Below, piece after piece: positions 20,462-31,291 of a stretch of DNA of 64,000 bases. The first letter of the stretch is position 1. The number at the start of each line of letters is the position of its first letter. The stretch spans positions 1,216,001-1,280,000 of the forward strand of contig OZ241744.1 of assembly GCA_965200965.1 (NCBI GenBank), in the 5' to 3' direction. A program made the translations under genes and the position numbers. The stretch is from an uncultured Candidatus Binatia bacterium (GTDB lineage: Bacteria > Desulfobacterota > Binatia > Bin18). The notes below the pieces were generated by a model. It saw only the letters and a list, made by a program, of their open reading frames with translations, did not search any database and was not told the DNA's origin.

Positions 20462-22968
20462 GGCTCATGTCCACCGCCAAATAGACCGAGCTGGCCGGGG
20501 TTGGGCTCTGCCACACCAGACTTGGCCGGCCGCGGGCGTTTGCGCGGCCGGACGAGCTGGACACCGCGGGCTTCAAGGTCCTCAAGGACCTCCTGTGCGC
20601 GGCTGATCACCGGGCGGGGCAGTCCGGCCAGTTTGGCCACATGAATCCCGTAGGACTGATCGGCCGCACCGGGAATGACTTGGTACAGGAAGACGACTTC
20701 GCCCTTCCACTCCCGGACCGCAAAGGTGCGGTTCTCCAGGCCCGGCAGGAGCTGGTGTAAGTCGGTCAGCTCATGAAAATGGGTCGCAAACAGCGTCCGC
20801 GGCCTCGGGCCGTCTTGGTCAACCAGGAACTCAATAATCGCCCGCGCGATCGATAATCCGTCCGAGGTCGAGGTTCCGCGGCCAATCTCGTCCAACACCA
20901 GCAGACTGCGGGGGGTGGCGTAGTTCAGAATCTGGGCGGCCTCAATCATTTCCACGGCAAAGGTACTCTCGCCCAAGGCCAGGTTGTCCGAGGCCCCAAT
21001 GCGGGTGAAAATCCTATCGACAATCCCGATCCGGGCCGCGCTGGCAGGGACAAAAGATCCAATCTGGGCCAGTAACACAATCAGCGCCGCTTGGCGCAGA
21101 TAGACCGACTTGCCGCTCATATTCGGAGCGGTCAGGAGTAACAACTGATGCGCATTGCGATCGACCAGCAGGTCGTTTTCGACAAACTTTTTGCGCTCCA
21201 GCAAGGTCTCGACCACCGGATGGCGGCCACCTGTAATTGACAGGATCGACTCGTCACACATCTCGGGCCGCACATAGCGCTGGCGCAGTGCTACCTGGGC
21301 AAAGCAGGCCAGCACGTCGAGCTGGGCCACGGCCACGGCCACGGCCTGGATCACGCGCAGCCGGTCTAAGACCACGCCGCACAGCTGGCCGAACAGCTCT
21401 TGTTCGAGCGTTACCGCCCGCTCCTCAGCGTTCAGGATCTGGTCTTCATACTCTTTGAGTTCAGCGGTGACAAAACGCTCGGCGTTGGTCAAGCTCTGCT
21501 TGCGCATGTAGTCTGGAGGGACTTTCGACAGCTGACTCTTGGCCACCTCAAGAAAATAGCCAAAGACCCGGTTATAGCCGATCTTGAGGTTCGTGATGCC
21601 GGTCCGCTGGCCCTCACGCGCCTGCAGCGCGGCCAGCCATTGTTTGGCGTCGGCCGACAGCGAGCGCAGACGGTCCAGCTCCGCGTTATAGCCCTCGGCG
21701 AACACCCCCCCGTCGCGCGTATGAACCGGCGGGATATCGACCAGCGCACGACCGAGGCGGGCCCGGAGGTCACCCAGCTCGACCGCAACCTGGTCGCGCT
21801 GGATGCGCAACAGCCCCGACTCAGCCGAATTCAGCGTTTGCACCAGTTCGGGCAGCTGGGCCACCGAGTCGCGCAGCCCCGCCGTGTCTTTGGGCGTCGC
21901 TACCTGGGCGCTGAACCGCGCCAGCAGCCGCTCAAGGTCACGGACCGGAGCCAGCGCGCGGCGCAGGGAGTTGAGCACGGCCGGCTGCTGGACCAACTCC
22001 TCAACCGCCCCATGCCGGGTCTGAATCTCTTCAACAGACAGCAACGGGCTGCGCATCCAGCGGCGCAGCAGACGCTTGCCCATCGGGGTTAGGGTCTCGT
22101 CCAGGACATCAAGCAGGGTTTTGCCACCGCTGTCGGGGTGGGCCGTTCGGAACATCTCGAGGCTACGCTCAACAACCGCGCCGAGCTGCATGACGCTGGC
22201 CTGTTGGAGCCGTCTGGGCAGCCTGACATGCGGCAGGGCGACCTGCATATGATCTTGCAGAAAGCGGAGCACCAGGGCGACCGCGCTGGTTGTGGCCGGG
22301 CTCATCTCCAAGGCCCGCAGCGAGTCCAGCGCGTAGAAGGTCTGGATGCAGCTGCGGCTGTCTTCGGCTGAAGCGTGCCAGTCGTCGAGCCGGGTGACGA
22401 CAAGCTCGGGCCGCTGGCCAGTGCCAGCGCTGAATAGGGGTGAGGCAGCTCCGCTCTTGGTGGTGACAATCTCGCTGGGCCCTACCCGGTTGAGGGCGTC
22501 GGTGAGCGCATCCCCCGCCACCTCCCAAAACTGAAACAGTCCGGTTGCCGGCTCGAGCCAAGCCAAGCCCCAGACCTTCCCCGCCCAGGCCAAGCCCAAC
22601 ACACTCGGGCTGCTGGAGTCGTCCTCATTCTCGACAAAGGTCGAAGGGGTCACGACCCGGGTGACGCCGCGTTTGACCAATCCTTTGGCAGTCTTGGGGT
22701 CCTCCAGTTGATCGCAGATCGCGACCTTGCGGCCAGCTCTAATCAAACGCGCGATATAGCCCTGTACGGTGTGATGCGGCACGCCACACATTGGAATCCG
22801 GCCCGGGCCGGTCCCGCGTGAGGTGAGCGTCAGGTCGAGCAGCGCCGCCGCCTCTTGGGCATCCTCAAAAAAGATCTCGTAGAAATCTCCCAACCGCAGC
22901 AGGACGATCGCGTCGGGATACTCCCGCTTGGTATCGCGGTACAGTTGCATGGTCGGGCTGAGGGCCAT
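20458..22968 (-). CDS. mutS: DNA mismatch repair protein MutS
   Basis: GDFYEIF, MCGVP, GRHPVVE, APNMSGKS, IFTRIGASD, DEIGRGTS, FATHFHEL, SYGIHVA. Confidence 0.97.
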   Translation of the reverse strand: MALSPTMQLYRDTKREYPDAIVLLRLGDFYEIFFEDAQEAAALLDLTLTSRGTGPGRIPMCGVPHHTVQGYIARLIRAGRKVAICDQLEDPKTAKGLVKRGVTRVVTPSTFVENEDDSSSPSVLGLAWAGKVWGLAWLEPATGLFQFWEVAGDALTDALNRVGPSEIVTTKSGAASPLFSAGTGQRPELVVTRLDDWHASAEDSRSCIQTFYALDSLRALEMSPATTSAVALVLRFLQDHMQVALPHVRLPRRLQQASVMQLGAVVERSLEMFRTAHPDSGGKTLLDVLDETLTPMGKRLLRRWMRSPLLSVEEIQTRHGAVEELVQQPAVLNSLRRALAPVRDLERLLARFSAQVATPKDTAGLRDSVAQLPELVQTLNSAESGLLRIQRDQVAVELGDLRARLGRALVDIPPVHTRDGGVFAEGYNAELDRLRSLSADAKQWLAALQAREGQRTGITNLKIGYNRVFGYFLEVAKSQLSKVPPDYMRKQSLTNAERFVTAELKEYEDQILNAEERAVTLEQELFGQLCGVVLDRLRVIQAVAVAVAQLDVLACFAQVALRQRYVRPEMCDESILSITGGRHPVVETLLERKKFVENDLLVDRNAHQLLLLTAPNMSGKSVYLRQAALIVLLAQIGSFVPASAARIGIVDRIFTRIGASDNLALGESTFAVEMIEAAQILNYATPRSLLVLDEIGRGTSTSDGLSIARAIIEFLVDQDGPRPRTLFATHFHELTDLHQLLPGLENRTFAVREWKGEVVFLYQVIPGAADQSYGIHVAKLAGLPRPVISRAQEVLEDLEARGVQLVRPRKRPRPAKSGVAEPNPGQLGLFGGGHEP

Positions 22969-23110
22969 GATGCGCTCCGTGCTCCCTGTTTATTATCCGC
23001 TTTCCCGACCTGTAGCCAGGGGCCGAGTCCCGGCTTGATCTTCGGCACCGGAGGTGGTGAAGTGGCCGGGTCTGGGCCGTCGAGTGGAACAGACGGGAAA
23101 GGAAACACCA

Positions 23111-24274
23111 ATGGCGGGCGTGGCAACCCTGAACGAAGAAGATCAACAGATTCTGTCCACTATCCACCGTTTTGTTGAGCGCGATGTCAAACCGGTCGCC
23201 AGCGAGATGGAGCATAACGACGAATATCCGCATGAGCTGGTCGAAAAAATGAAGCAACTCGGTCTGTTTGGGGCGATTATCCCGACCCAGTACGGCGGGC
23301 TCGGTCTGTCGTTTTCGACCTATGCGATGATTATCGAGGAAATCTGTCGGGGGTGGATGAGCCTGACCGGGATTCTGAACTCTCACCTGCTGTTCGCCCA
23401 TATCATCGCCCGGTTTGGGACCGAGGAGCAGCGACACAAGCTGCTGCCAGGTATGGCCAGCGGGGAAAAACGCGGCGGCTTGGCCCTGACCGAACCGCAC
23501 GCCGGCAGCGATGTGCAGCGCATCAAATCCACGGCCGAGAAACACGGCGACCAATATCTGATTAACGGCAGCAAAATGTTCGTCACCAACGGTCGCCACG
23601 GCACTCTTCTGGCCATAGCGGCCAAGACCGACCCCAGCGCTCAGCCGGCCTATACCGGCATCAGTCTGTTGGCGGTTGAGAAAGGGGCACCGGGCTTGAC
23701 GGTCAGCCGGGATATTAAAAAGCTCGGCTATAAGGGGCTTGATACATGCGAGCTGGCGTTTGAAGATTTTCCGACCCCGGCCTCGAGCCTGATCGGCGGC
23801 CAAGAGGGCCAGGGCTTCAAACAGGTCATGGGTGGCCTTGAGGTCGGTCGCATCAATGTGGCGGCGCGCGCGGTCGGGGTGGCCCAGGCCGCGTTTGAGG
23901 AGGCGATTCGCTACGCCCAACAACGAGAGACTTTTGGCAAGCCTATATGCGAACACCAAGCCATCCAACTCAAGTTGGCCGAAATGGCGACCAAGATCGA
24001 GGCCTCCCGCCTGCTGGTACGCCAAGCCTCGCTGAAGAAAGACAACGGCGAGCGGTGCGATTTGGAAGCCGGCATGGCCAAACTGTTCGCCTCGGAGTCG
24101 TGTGAAGAAGTCGCCCTAGACGCCATGCGGGTCCTGGGCGGCTATGGTTACACCCAAGAGTTTCCGGTCGAGCGTTTTTACCGTGACGCCCCGCTGATGA
24201 TCATCGGCGAGGGAACGAGTGAGATTCAAAAGCTGGTCATCGCCCGCAACCTCTTGAAAGAGTATAAAATTTAG
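23111..24274 (+). CDS. Acyl-CoA dehydrogenase
   Basis: ALTEPHAGSD, GSKMFVTNG, RETFGKPI, GGYGY, IGEGTSEIQ. Confidence 0.93.
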   Translation: MAGVATLNEEDQQILSTIHRFVERDVKPVASEMEHNDEYPHELVEKMKQLGLFGAIIPTQYGGLGLSFSTYAMIIEEICRGWMSLTGILNSHLLFAHIIARFGTEEQRHKLLPGMASGEKRGGLALTEPHAGSDVQRIKSTAEKHGDQYLINGSKMFVTNGRHGTLLAIAAKTDPSAQPAYTGISLLAVEKGAPGLTVSRDIKKLGYKGLDTCELAFEDFPTPASSLIGGQEGQGFKQVMGGLEVGRINVAARAVGVAQAAFEEAIRYAQQRETFGKPICEHQAIQLKLAEMATKIEASRLLVRQASLKKDNGERCDLEAGMAKLFASESCEEVALDAMRVLGGYGYTQEFPVERFYRDAPLMIIGEGTSEIQKLVIARNLLKEYKI

Positions 24275-24466
24275 TCGGAGAGCCAACCGAAACGAAAACT
24301 TCCCTGTTCTGTCACTCAGGTGTCATCCGCCCTATTGGAGAGAGCCATATTTTTGTGTATGGGTAGAAGAAACAACCGAAATACATAGAGCCGTGCTCCA
24401 GCCCGCTCCCCTCCTCATATCTCCTTTTCTTCATGTGGGCATTGCAGACCTCGCACGGAGAGGCAC

Positions 24467-26530
24467 ATGTCGGCCGCACTGAACAACACCCGCAATATAG
24501 GCATCGTTGCCCACGTTGACAGCGGGAAAACCACCGTGAGTGAACGTATCCTGTACTACACCGGCCTCTCGCATAAGATCGGCGAGGTCCACGACGGAAC
24601 GACGATTACCGACTGGATGCCCCAGGAACGGGAGCGCGGCATTACCATCACCGCGGCGGCTATCACCTGTGAGTGGCTCCAGCACCAGATCAACATCATC
24701 GACACCCCGGGCCACGTCGACTTTACGACCGAGGTCGAACGCAGTCTGCGTGTGCTCGACGGGGCGGTAGTGGTTTTCTGCGCGGTCGGCGGGGTGGAGC
24801 CACAGTCGGAGACGGTCTGGCACCAAGCCGATAAATATGGGGTCCCGCGCCTCGTCTTCATCAACAAGCTCGACCGCCTTGGGGCAGATTTTCACGGCGT
24901 AGTTGAGCAGATCAAGAGCCGTCTGGGGGGCAAGCCAGTCCTCTTGCAATTGCCGTTCGGCAGCGAAGATACGTTTCGCGGAGTGGTCGATCTGCTGCGC
25001 CACAAGGTCATCGTGTGGGAAGAAGACACGCTGGGGGCACGCTTTCACGAGGAAGACATCCCGGCCGCAATGGCAGACGAGGTGGCTCACGCTCGTGAGC
25101 AGCTGATTGAGGCGGTGGCCGACGCGGACGATAGTCTGCTTGAGCAATACTTGGCCGGTGAAGCGGTGAGCGCAGACGCGCTGGGGCGCGCCATTGCGAC
25201 CAAGACCCGGGCGATGGACATCTTTCCGGTCTTGTGTGGCTCTGCGCTCCGCAATAAGGGTGTGCAGCCACTGTTAGACGCCATCGTGTCCTATCTGCCC
25301 CCACCGACCAAACCGGTCGAGGGTCACACGCCAAAAGGCGAGCCGCTCGAATGGCAGGTCACCGATACCATCCGGGCCGGCTTGGCCTTTAAGACCATCC
25401 ATGATCCATACTCGGGTCAGTTGACGTTTATTCGCCTGTATAGCGGCACCCTGAAAACCGGTGCGCAAATCTTTAATCCCCGCACCGATCAGACCGAGCG
25501 GGTCGGCCGCCTCGTGCGTATGCACGCCAACAAAAAGGAAGATATTGAACACACTGAAGCCGGCAGCATTTTTGCCGCGGTCGGGCTCAGGAACTTTACC
25601 ACCGGCGATACAATTGCCGACCGCAACCGGCCTGTCCTGTTAGAGTCAATTACCTTCCACGAGCCGGTCATCTCGCTAGCGGTTGAGCCAAAGACGAAGG
25701 CCGACTCGGAAAAGCTCGGCCTAGCCCTCGAACGTCTGTCGTCCGAGGACCCGACCCTGACTGTACAAACCAACACCGAAACCGGCCAAACTTTGCTGTC
25801 CGGCATGGGGGAATTGCATCTCGAAATCATCCTTGACCGGCTGGTCCGCGAGTTTCAGGTCGCCGTCAACACCGGCGCGCCCCAGGTCGCCTACCGGGAG
25901 ACCATCACCCGTCCGGCTCAAGCCGAGGGCAGATATGTGCGCCAGTCGGGCGGCCGGGGCCAGTTTGGGCATGTATATTTCAAGATTGAGCCGAATGGTG
26001 GCCAGGGACTCGTCTTTGTCAACGCCATTAAAGGCGGTGCCATTCCCAAAGAATACATTTCGGCAGTGGAAAAAGGCGTGCGTGAGGCGGCGGAGAATGG
26101 GGTCAGCTACGGCTGTCAGCTGCTCAATACAACGGTGACCTTATACGACGGGAGCTACCATGAGGTTGACTCCTCAGAGATGTCCTTCCACTTGGCCGGC
26201 GCGCTGGGCCTGAAAGAAGCGGTCAAAAAAGCCAAACCGGTCCTGCTCGAACCGGTCATGAAGGTTGAGGTAGTCATGCCCGAAGAGTACCTCGGGACGG
26301 TCATGGGCGACCTCCAGGCACGGCGGGGCAAGGTCACCGAATTGGGTGAGCGTGGCAGCCAGCGCGCGATTACAGCCCATGTGCCCCTGGCAAGCATGTT
26401 TGGCTACGCCACCAGCGTGCGTTCGATCAGCCAAGGCCGCGCCTCTCACAGCATGGAATTCGATCACTACGACCCCCTGCCACCGCACCTCATTGAAGAA
26501 GCGCTCGGCCTTCGCCGGCAAAGCTACTAA
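24467..26530 (+). CDS. fusA: Elongation factor G (stand-alone paralog)
   Basis: [48 protein letters not shown]; no rpsL, rpsG or tuf nearby. Confidence 0.92.
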   Translation: MSAALNNTRNIGIVAHVDSGKTTVSERILYYTGLSHKIGEVHDGTTITDWMPQERERGITITAAAITCEWLQHQINIIDTPGHVDFTTEVERSLRVLDGAVVVFCAVGGVEPQSETVWHQADKYGVPRLVFINKLDRLGADFHGVVEQIKSRLGGKPVLLQLPFGSEDTFRGVVDLLRHKVIVWEEDTLGARFHEEDIPAAMADEVAHAREQLIEAVADADDSLLEQYLAGEAVSADALGRAIATKTRAMDIFPVLCGSALRNKGVQPLLDAIVSYLPPPTKPVEGHTPKGEPLEWQVTDTIRAGLAFKTIHDPYSGQLTFIRLYSGTLKTGAQIFNPRTDQTERVGRLVRMHANKKEDIEHTEAGSIFAAVGLRNFTTGDTIADRNRPVLLESITFHEPVISLAVEPKTKADSEKLGLALERLSSEDPTLTVQTNTETGQTLLSGMGELHLEIILDRLVREFQVAVNTGAPQVAYRETITRPAQAEGRYVRQSGGRGQFGHVYFKIEPNGGQGLVFVNAIKGGAIPKEYISAVEKGVREAAENGVSYGCQLLNTTVTLYDGSYHEVDSSEMSFHLAGALGLKEAVKKAKPVLLEPVMKVEVVMPEEYLGTVMGDLQARRGKVTELGERGSQRAITAHVPLASMFGYATSVRSISQGRASHSMEFDHYDPLPPHLIEEALGLRRQSY

Positions 26531-26549
26531 AGCCGGCCATCCTACCGGA

Positions 26550-26634
26550 TGCCGGAGGCGGGACTTGAACCCGCACGCGGGAGACCCGCTCAGGATTTTA
26601 AGTCCTGTGTGTCTACCAATTCCACCACTCCGGC
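26550..26634 (-). tRNA. tRNA-Leu (anticodon UAA); CCA not encoded
   Basis: GCCGGAG acceptor stem, TGGTGGAATTGGTAGACAC D-arm, CAGGA-CTTAAAA-TCCTG anticodon arm, long variable arm, GGTTCAAGTCC T-arm. Confidence 0.96.
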
Positions 26635-26769
26635 AAGGCTGAGGTGTCGGATCGTATCCGCAACCAACCAGGGCTGACAAGGCCGCCGATCGACACCTCA
26701 GCAGTTTGACACCTCTGGGTCGGAGCATTAAGCTAGGTCATGTAGTCCTCAGGCCGGGCCCGATGAGAT

Positions 26770-27792
26770 ATGCGATACCGGAAGTTGATGTGGATGCAGG
26801 CTGCTTCTTCCTCATGTCTGCCCGTGCTGCTCTGCCTGCCGCTGCTCTCAAGCTGTTCTTTTTTTCGGCCGCGGTCCATGTCCCCCAGTCCAGCCGCTGG
26901 CTCCCCGGCCTCGGAAATTCGTGATTTTATCCCCGGCCTGTCGAAAAACGCCGACGCGGACCGAAACCCGCAGTACGAAACCGAGGAAGATCTGCTCAAG
27001 ATTACCACCGAGTTTCAACGCGCTGAGGCCAACGACACCTATCGTTTTCCGCTGCCCCAGGACGTGACCGGTGCAAACGCGTATAAAGCCACCCTCAAAC
27101 GTCTGGACGATTACCAAACCAAGCACCCAGGTGCCTATCCGGTCCTGGTGGCCTTCACCCGAGGACGAGCCTATGAGGGCTTGCACGCCTATCCGCAGGC
27201 CCTTGAAGAGTATCAAAGTATCAGCGAAACGCACCATCGGCTGAAAGACGAGGCCGCTAAATCCGCTACCACACTGAGCAAATTCCAGGAACTGGCCCAG
27301 CGGCCTATCTCGGCCACCACCCCAGTTGTCTATCTCCAGGCTCTTGACGAGCAGGCCGCAGACTGGAGAGCACTCAGTCGGGAATTGTCTGGCACACGGT
27401 ATGAAACCCTGGCCTTGGAAGAGGCCGAGCGGGTTGAGGCGGCCAAGGTGACCTTTCTGAAGCTGAACCGCTACCAACTCCAAGACGGCCCGGAGAGCGT
27501 CATTGTCGCCTACCGCCAGTTGCTTGACAAACATCCAGAGAGCAAAAATCGCTACCGCTACCTGATTGAACTCGGCGACTTCTTTAGCGCTCTGGCCGAA
27601 GAGTATGTATCCCAGAACGACCCCGAGGGTCTGTCCTTTTCGGTCGCAACGTTTGAAGAGCTGGGCCGGGCCGCGCTGAGTCAATACGCCCAGGTCGCCC
27701 AACAGGACGGGGTGATCGAAAAGCTGCAAGCCAAGGGTAAACTCCAAGCCCTTGAGGCGTATATGGCCAAAATCGGACGGCTCGGACGCTGA
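26770..27792 (+). CDS. TPR-like helical lipoprotein, function unknown
   Basis: Lipobox LSSC and TPR-like helices (FTRGRAYEGLHAYPQALEEY; YRQLLDKHP); exact start uncertain. Confidence 0.72.
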   Translation: MRYRKLMWMQAASSSCLPVLLCLPLLSSCSFFRPRSMSPSPAAGSPASEIRDFIPGLSKNADADRNPQYETEEDLLKITTEFQRAEANDTYRFPLPQDVTGANAYKATLKRLDDYQTKHPGAYPVLVAFTRGRAYEGLHAYPQALEEYQSISETHHRLKDEAAKSATTLSKFQELAQRPISATTPVVYLQALDEQAADWRALSRELSGTRYETLALEEAERVEAAKVTFLKLNRYQLQDGPESVIVAYRQLLDKHPESKNRYRYLIELGDFFSALAEEYVSQNDPEGLSFSVATFEELGRAALSQYAQVAQQDGVIEKLQAKGKLQALEAYMAKIGRLGR

Positions 27793-27810
27793 AGGCTGAT
27801 GGGAGGAGCT

Positions 27811-29856
27811 ATGCGACTGCGTACCTGTCTGAGCGGTGTCCTCATTGGCCTGTGGCTGTTGAGTCCGGTGCGGGCCCAGGAATTTTCCGATCCCTTGATG
27901 CATCGGCTGACCGATGTGTACCCCAACTACAACCCGTTTATTCCACTCCTGCCGCCCGACCGCTATTTTCCCGATGCGGTTGGCAAGCAGGTCGCCAACG
28001 CCATTGTTGACGCCTACCTGACCGGCCCGCACTCCGTTGAAGAGCACATCCGCGCCTTGTCTCAGCATGACGTCGAGCTGCTGAGAGGCGGCCAGCACCC
28101 GACCGGCCTGACCGCCTATGTCAGGGCGCTGGCTACGGCTGAGGACTCCCCTCACCGGGCCGCCCCGGAGGTCGCCGTCGCCGAACTTGACGACCCTGCC
28201 GACAAGCTCCTAGCCCGGGCCGATACGCTGCTCGCAGACGAAAAACGCGGTCGTCTGGGACGGATGTTCAACTGGGTGCTGTCAACCTTTGATGTCGGCA
28301 GTGTGTTCCTCGGCGCTCCCCGCAGTCCCAGCCCCTATTCTGCCCAGGGGGTTATTTCGTCCCTCAGACGGCGGGGCGACGCGCCCAGTCCGCGCGAACG
28401 CAAAGCCCTGGTCCTGTACCAGCAGTTTTTGCGCCGCGCTCCCCACGACCCACGCGCGGCCGAGGTCCAAAAAAAGATCAATGCCCTGGAAACGCGCCGC
28501 CAAAAAGCCCTCTTGGACGAAGAACTTGACAAAGCCACAGCCGCCTTTGAGCAGGGCGACTACTGGGGCGCAAATTTCCACTACCAACTCGCGCTGATGG
28601 TCGATGACGAATCAGACCAGGCCCAGGCGGGGTTGCGTCAGGTTGAAGCCCGGCTCCAGGTCCTCGAACCCCTGGCCGACCAACAGCCCGAGGACCCCTA
28701 CCAACGGGTTCGAGATGCCAAATGGGACCATCAGGTCGAGACCTTCAAGTATGTCATGCCGGGCAGCTCTTTTGTCAAAGACAACTTTGCTGTGGCCGGT
28801 ATCCAGGTGGCGACCGAGGGGCTGGTTGGAGCGGCCACATTCGGGGTGCTGTCAATGGTTCAGGTCGGCACCAAACTGTGGCGGGTGATGATCAGCAACC
28901 CGGTCTCGCGCCAGGATGTCATTCGTGAGGCGCAGACCTATGTGCATCACACCCCGCCCGAACGACGGACGCCTCAGGTCTATGATCTGCTGGCTAACTC
29001 CTACCAGCGCGAGGGCAAGCTGGATCGGGCGATGCACTACTACCACCTCGCTGGACAGGAAGACAAAATCCCGAAACTCAAAGAACAGGCCGCCGCGGCG
29101 CTCCTCCAGCAGGCGGACAGTACGCCCCACCGGGCCGATAAACTGGCCGCCTTACAGACCCTGGCTGAACGCTATCCAGACACCGGGGCGGCCAAAAAAG
29201 CGGCACCACAGCTCCGCGAGTTGAGCCGTTGGGAAAATCAAGGGCTCCAGCTCAGCAAAGCCTTTCTCAAGGAGCACGACGATCTCATCGGTCCCCACGG
29301 CTTGGGGCTCAAGCCCCAACTGATGGATGGCGACTGGGACAATGTTGAACTCAGCGATGAGGGGATCACTATCTTGACCGATCGCAAGATTTCCCTGCAC
29401 CTGGCGACCGAGAGCGGTCCACACACCAAGGTCTACGGTGTGCCAAGCTTGGCCTGGGACCGATTTTGGCAGCATTTTCGGGCCAGAGGTTTTGACCGGG
29501 CGGCGCGTCACGGCGACCGCCAGCTCGCCCGCTTAGCCTTGGGCGCGGAAGAGGCCGACATCGTGCTCAAGAGCAGCCAGGAAAAGCATGCCCACCAGGG
29601 CTGGCGCGCCCTGCCTCAGCTGACCGGCAGTACCTCGGGCACGGATCTTGATATTCGTGGCGTTTTGCCAAAAGAAGTGCTCGGCACAAACCTCGCCTTT
29701 GGCAAAGACCAACGCAGCGCCTTTATCGGCATGGAGGTCTCCATGCCGTTTGTACCGGTCGATTTCCTGCTGCTTGGCCGCAGCGGCATGCCGTCGCTAT
29801 ATCCAAAGATTCGGATGCCGGACAGCAGGTTGAACAACGCAGAACTGTATCAGTAG
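27811..29856 (+). CDS. Large secreted TPR-containing protein, function unknown
   Basis: Signal peptide ending VRA-Q, TPR-like segments (YQQFLRRAP, LANSYQREGKLDRA), beta-rich C-terminus; GGAGGAG RBS. Confidence 0.72.
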   Translation: MRLRTCLSGVLIGLWLLSPVRAQEFSDPLMHRLTDVYPNYNPFIPLLPPDRYFPDAVGKQVANAIVDAYLTGPHSVEEHIRALSQHDVELLRGGQHPTGLTAYVRALATAEDSPHRAAPEVAVAELDDPADKLLARADTLLADEKRGRLGRMFNWVLSTFDVGSVFLGAPRSPSPYSAQGVISSLRRRGDAPSPRERKALVLYQQFLRRAPHDPRAAEVQKKINALETRRQKALLDEELDKATAAFEQGDYWGANFHYQLALMVDDESDQAQAGLRQVEARLQVLEPLADQQPEDPYQRVRDAKWDHQVETFKYVMPGSSFVKDNFAVAGIQVATEGLVGAATFGVLSMVQVGTKLWRVMISNPVSRQDVIREAQTYVHHTPPERRTPQVYDLLANSYQREGKLDRAMHYYHLAGQEDKIPKLKEQAAAALLQQADSTPHRADKLAALQTLAERYPDTGAAKKAAPQLRELSRWENQGLQLSKAFLKEHDDLIGPHGLGLKPQLMDGDWDNVELSDEGITILTDRKISLHLATESGPHTKVYGVPSLAWDRFWQHFRARGFDRAARHGDRQLARLALGAEEADIVLKSSQEKHAHQGWRALPQLTGSTSGTDLDIRGVLPKEVLGTNLAFGKDQRSAFIGMEVSMPFVPVDFLLLGRSGMPSLYPKIRMPDSRLNNAELYQ

Positions 29857-29875
29857 CCCCCCGCCCGGGTCTGCA

Positions 29876-30346
29876 TCAGGACTCTTCGGGTTTGCGAAAA
29901 CTGTCATGACAGCCCTTGCAGCTGCCAAAGACGGCCTTGAGCTTGGCCTTGGCCTCCTCCCCCCTGTCTTGGCTGGCGGCGTGGCCCAACTCCTCAGCCG
30001 CATCCCGCAAGCCATGGGCGGATTGGACAAAGGCGTCCCACCGCTGCCATATCTCAGGCTTGGCCCGTGAGGAGTCCGAGGCGCTGCCGGGAGGAAACAG
30101 ATGTGGAATCTGGCTGGCATGGAGGGCAATCGCCCCGGCATAGACCGCCGCGTCTGTGATCTGTCCGGCGTCCAGCCTGGCCTTGAGCTGCTTGGCGTTG
30201 GCCCCCACATTTTCCATCAGATACATGCGCACCGCCACCGCATCGTCCGGGTTCTTGGTACTGTGGGCCTGTTCACCGTGGGCACCAAGGCGCTGGGTGG
30301 CCAAGGCCACGGCCAGCACGGTTGCTGTCAAGACTATCCATTTCAT
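29876..30346 (-). CDS. Cytochrome c' (class II)
   Basis: Signal peptide, LFPPGS, AKPEIW, C-terminal CKGCHDSFR. Confidence 0.9.
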   Translation of the reverse strand: MKWIVLTATVLAVALATQRLGAHGEQAHSTKNPDDAVAVRMYLMENVGANAKQLKARLDAGQITDAAVYAGAIALHASQIPHLFPPGSASDSSRAKPEIWQRWDAFVQSAHGLRDAAEELGHAASQDRGEEAKAKLKAVFGSCKGCHDSFRKPEES

Positions 30347-31287
30347 CCATCTGCCTCCTTTCCCTGTCTCTCGCGTCCAATAACCTGTTCGACCGCCGGA
30401 ATGCTCTTGAAATAGCCGGCCACAGCCCGGGCATCCGCGTCGCTCATATCTTGGTAGCCCCCTTCGGGGATGCCTTCAATCACGAGCGCCATCAAGCCCT
30501 GGACAGTATCAAAGTTGGGCAAAAAGCCGCTGCGCAACAGGGTCACGATTTCGTCCTCACTCCAGTCGCCAATCCCGGTCTTGACATCCGGGGTGATGTT
30601 GGGCGCGATCTTGCCATCAATCCCGTCTGGATTGCCGGCCATATAGCGTGAGGGGTCAAGCGTGCCGGTCCACCGCCGTGGGCTATGGCACTCCTGGCAG
30701 TGGGCGACATGCTGACTGATGTACGCCCCGCGCTCAATTCCGCCCTGGGGTGAACTGGCCGGGGCCTGCACCGGCTCAAAAAACAGCCAGCGCCACGCCC
30801 GCATGGCCAGCCCGGCAAACGGGATCGAGAGCGCATGGGGCTGATTCGTCCGAGCCACAGGCGGCAGGCTACGCAGATAGGCGACGAGGGCTTCGACATC
30901 CATGTCGCTTATACCGCTCAGAGCCGGGTATGGCATGACCGGACTCATGACCGAGCCATCGGGCCGGACGCCTCGGCGAATCGCGTCAATAATCTGTTGA
31001 TCGGTCCAGGTGCCGATCCCGTGCTCTGCGTCGGGCGTGATATTTGTTCCATAAAAGATGCCATAGGGGGTGGTGAGCGGCCGGCCGCCGGCATTGACCG
31101 CCCCGCCTTCGGCCGTATGACAGCCACACCCGCCGGCCAGGGCAAAGACGTAGCGGCCACGGACAAGCAACTCGTCAGGAGGCTGGGCGTAGCCGGGCGT
31201 GGCAAGCCGGCCGCCGCTCAGCGGCCAAGCGACCAGCCCGACGAACACAATGGGCCAGAATCGCGGCCCGCGTCTTGCCTTGCGCAT
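30343..31287 (-). CDS. Diheme cytochrome c
   Basis: GCGCH (shortened CxCH), CQECH, two NITPD..GIG.W motifs, MPY; start MRKARR. Confidence 0.87.
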   Translation of the reverse strand: MRKARRGPRFWPIVFVGLVAWPLSGGRLATPGYAQPPDELLVRGRYVFALAGGCGCHTAEGGAVNAGGRPLTTPYGIFYGTNITPDAEHGIGTWTDQQIIDAIRRGVRPDGSVMSPVMPYPALSGISDMDVEALVAYLRSLPPVARTNQPHALSIPFAGLAMRAWRWLFFEPVQAPASSPQGGIERGAYISQHVAHCQECHSPRRWTGTLDPSRYMAGNPDGIDGKIAPNITPDVKTGIGDWSEDEIVTLLRSGFLPNFDTVQGLMALVIEGIPEGGYQDMSDADARAVAGYFKSIPAVEQVIGRERQGKEADG

Positions 31288-31291
31288 CCCT

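Noticed and set aside
26550-26634. tRNA-Leu as an integration site or intron host
   Set aside because: No integrase, no duplicated 3' end seen, and the anticodon loop is uninterrupted.
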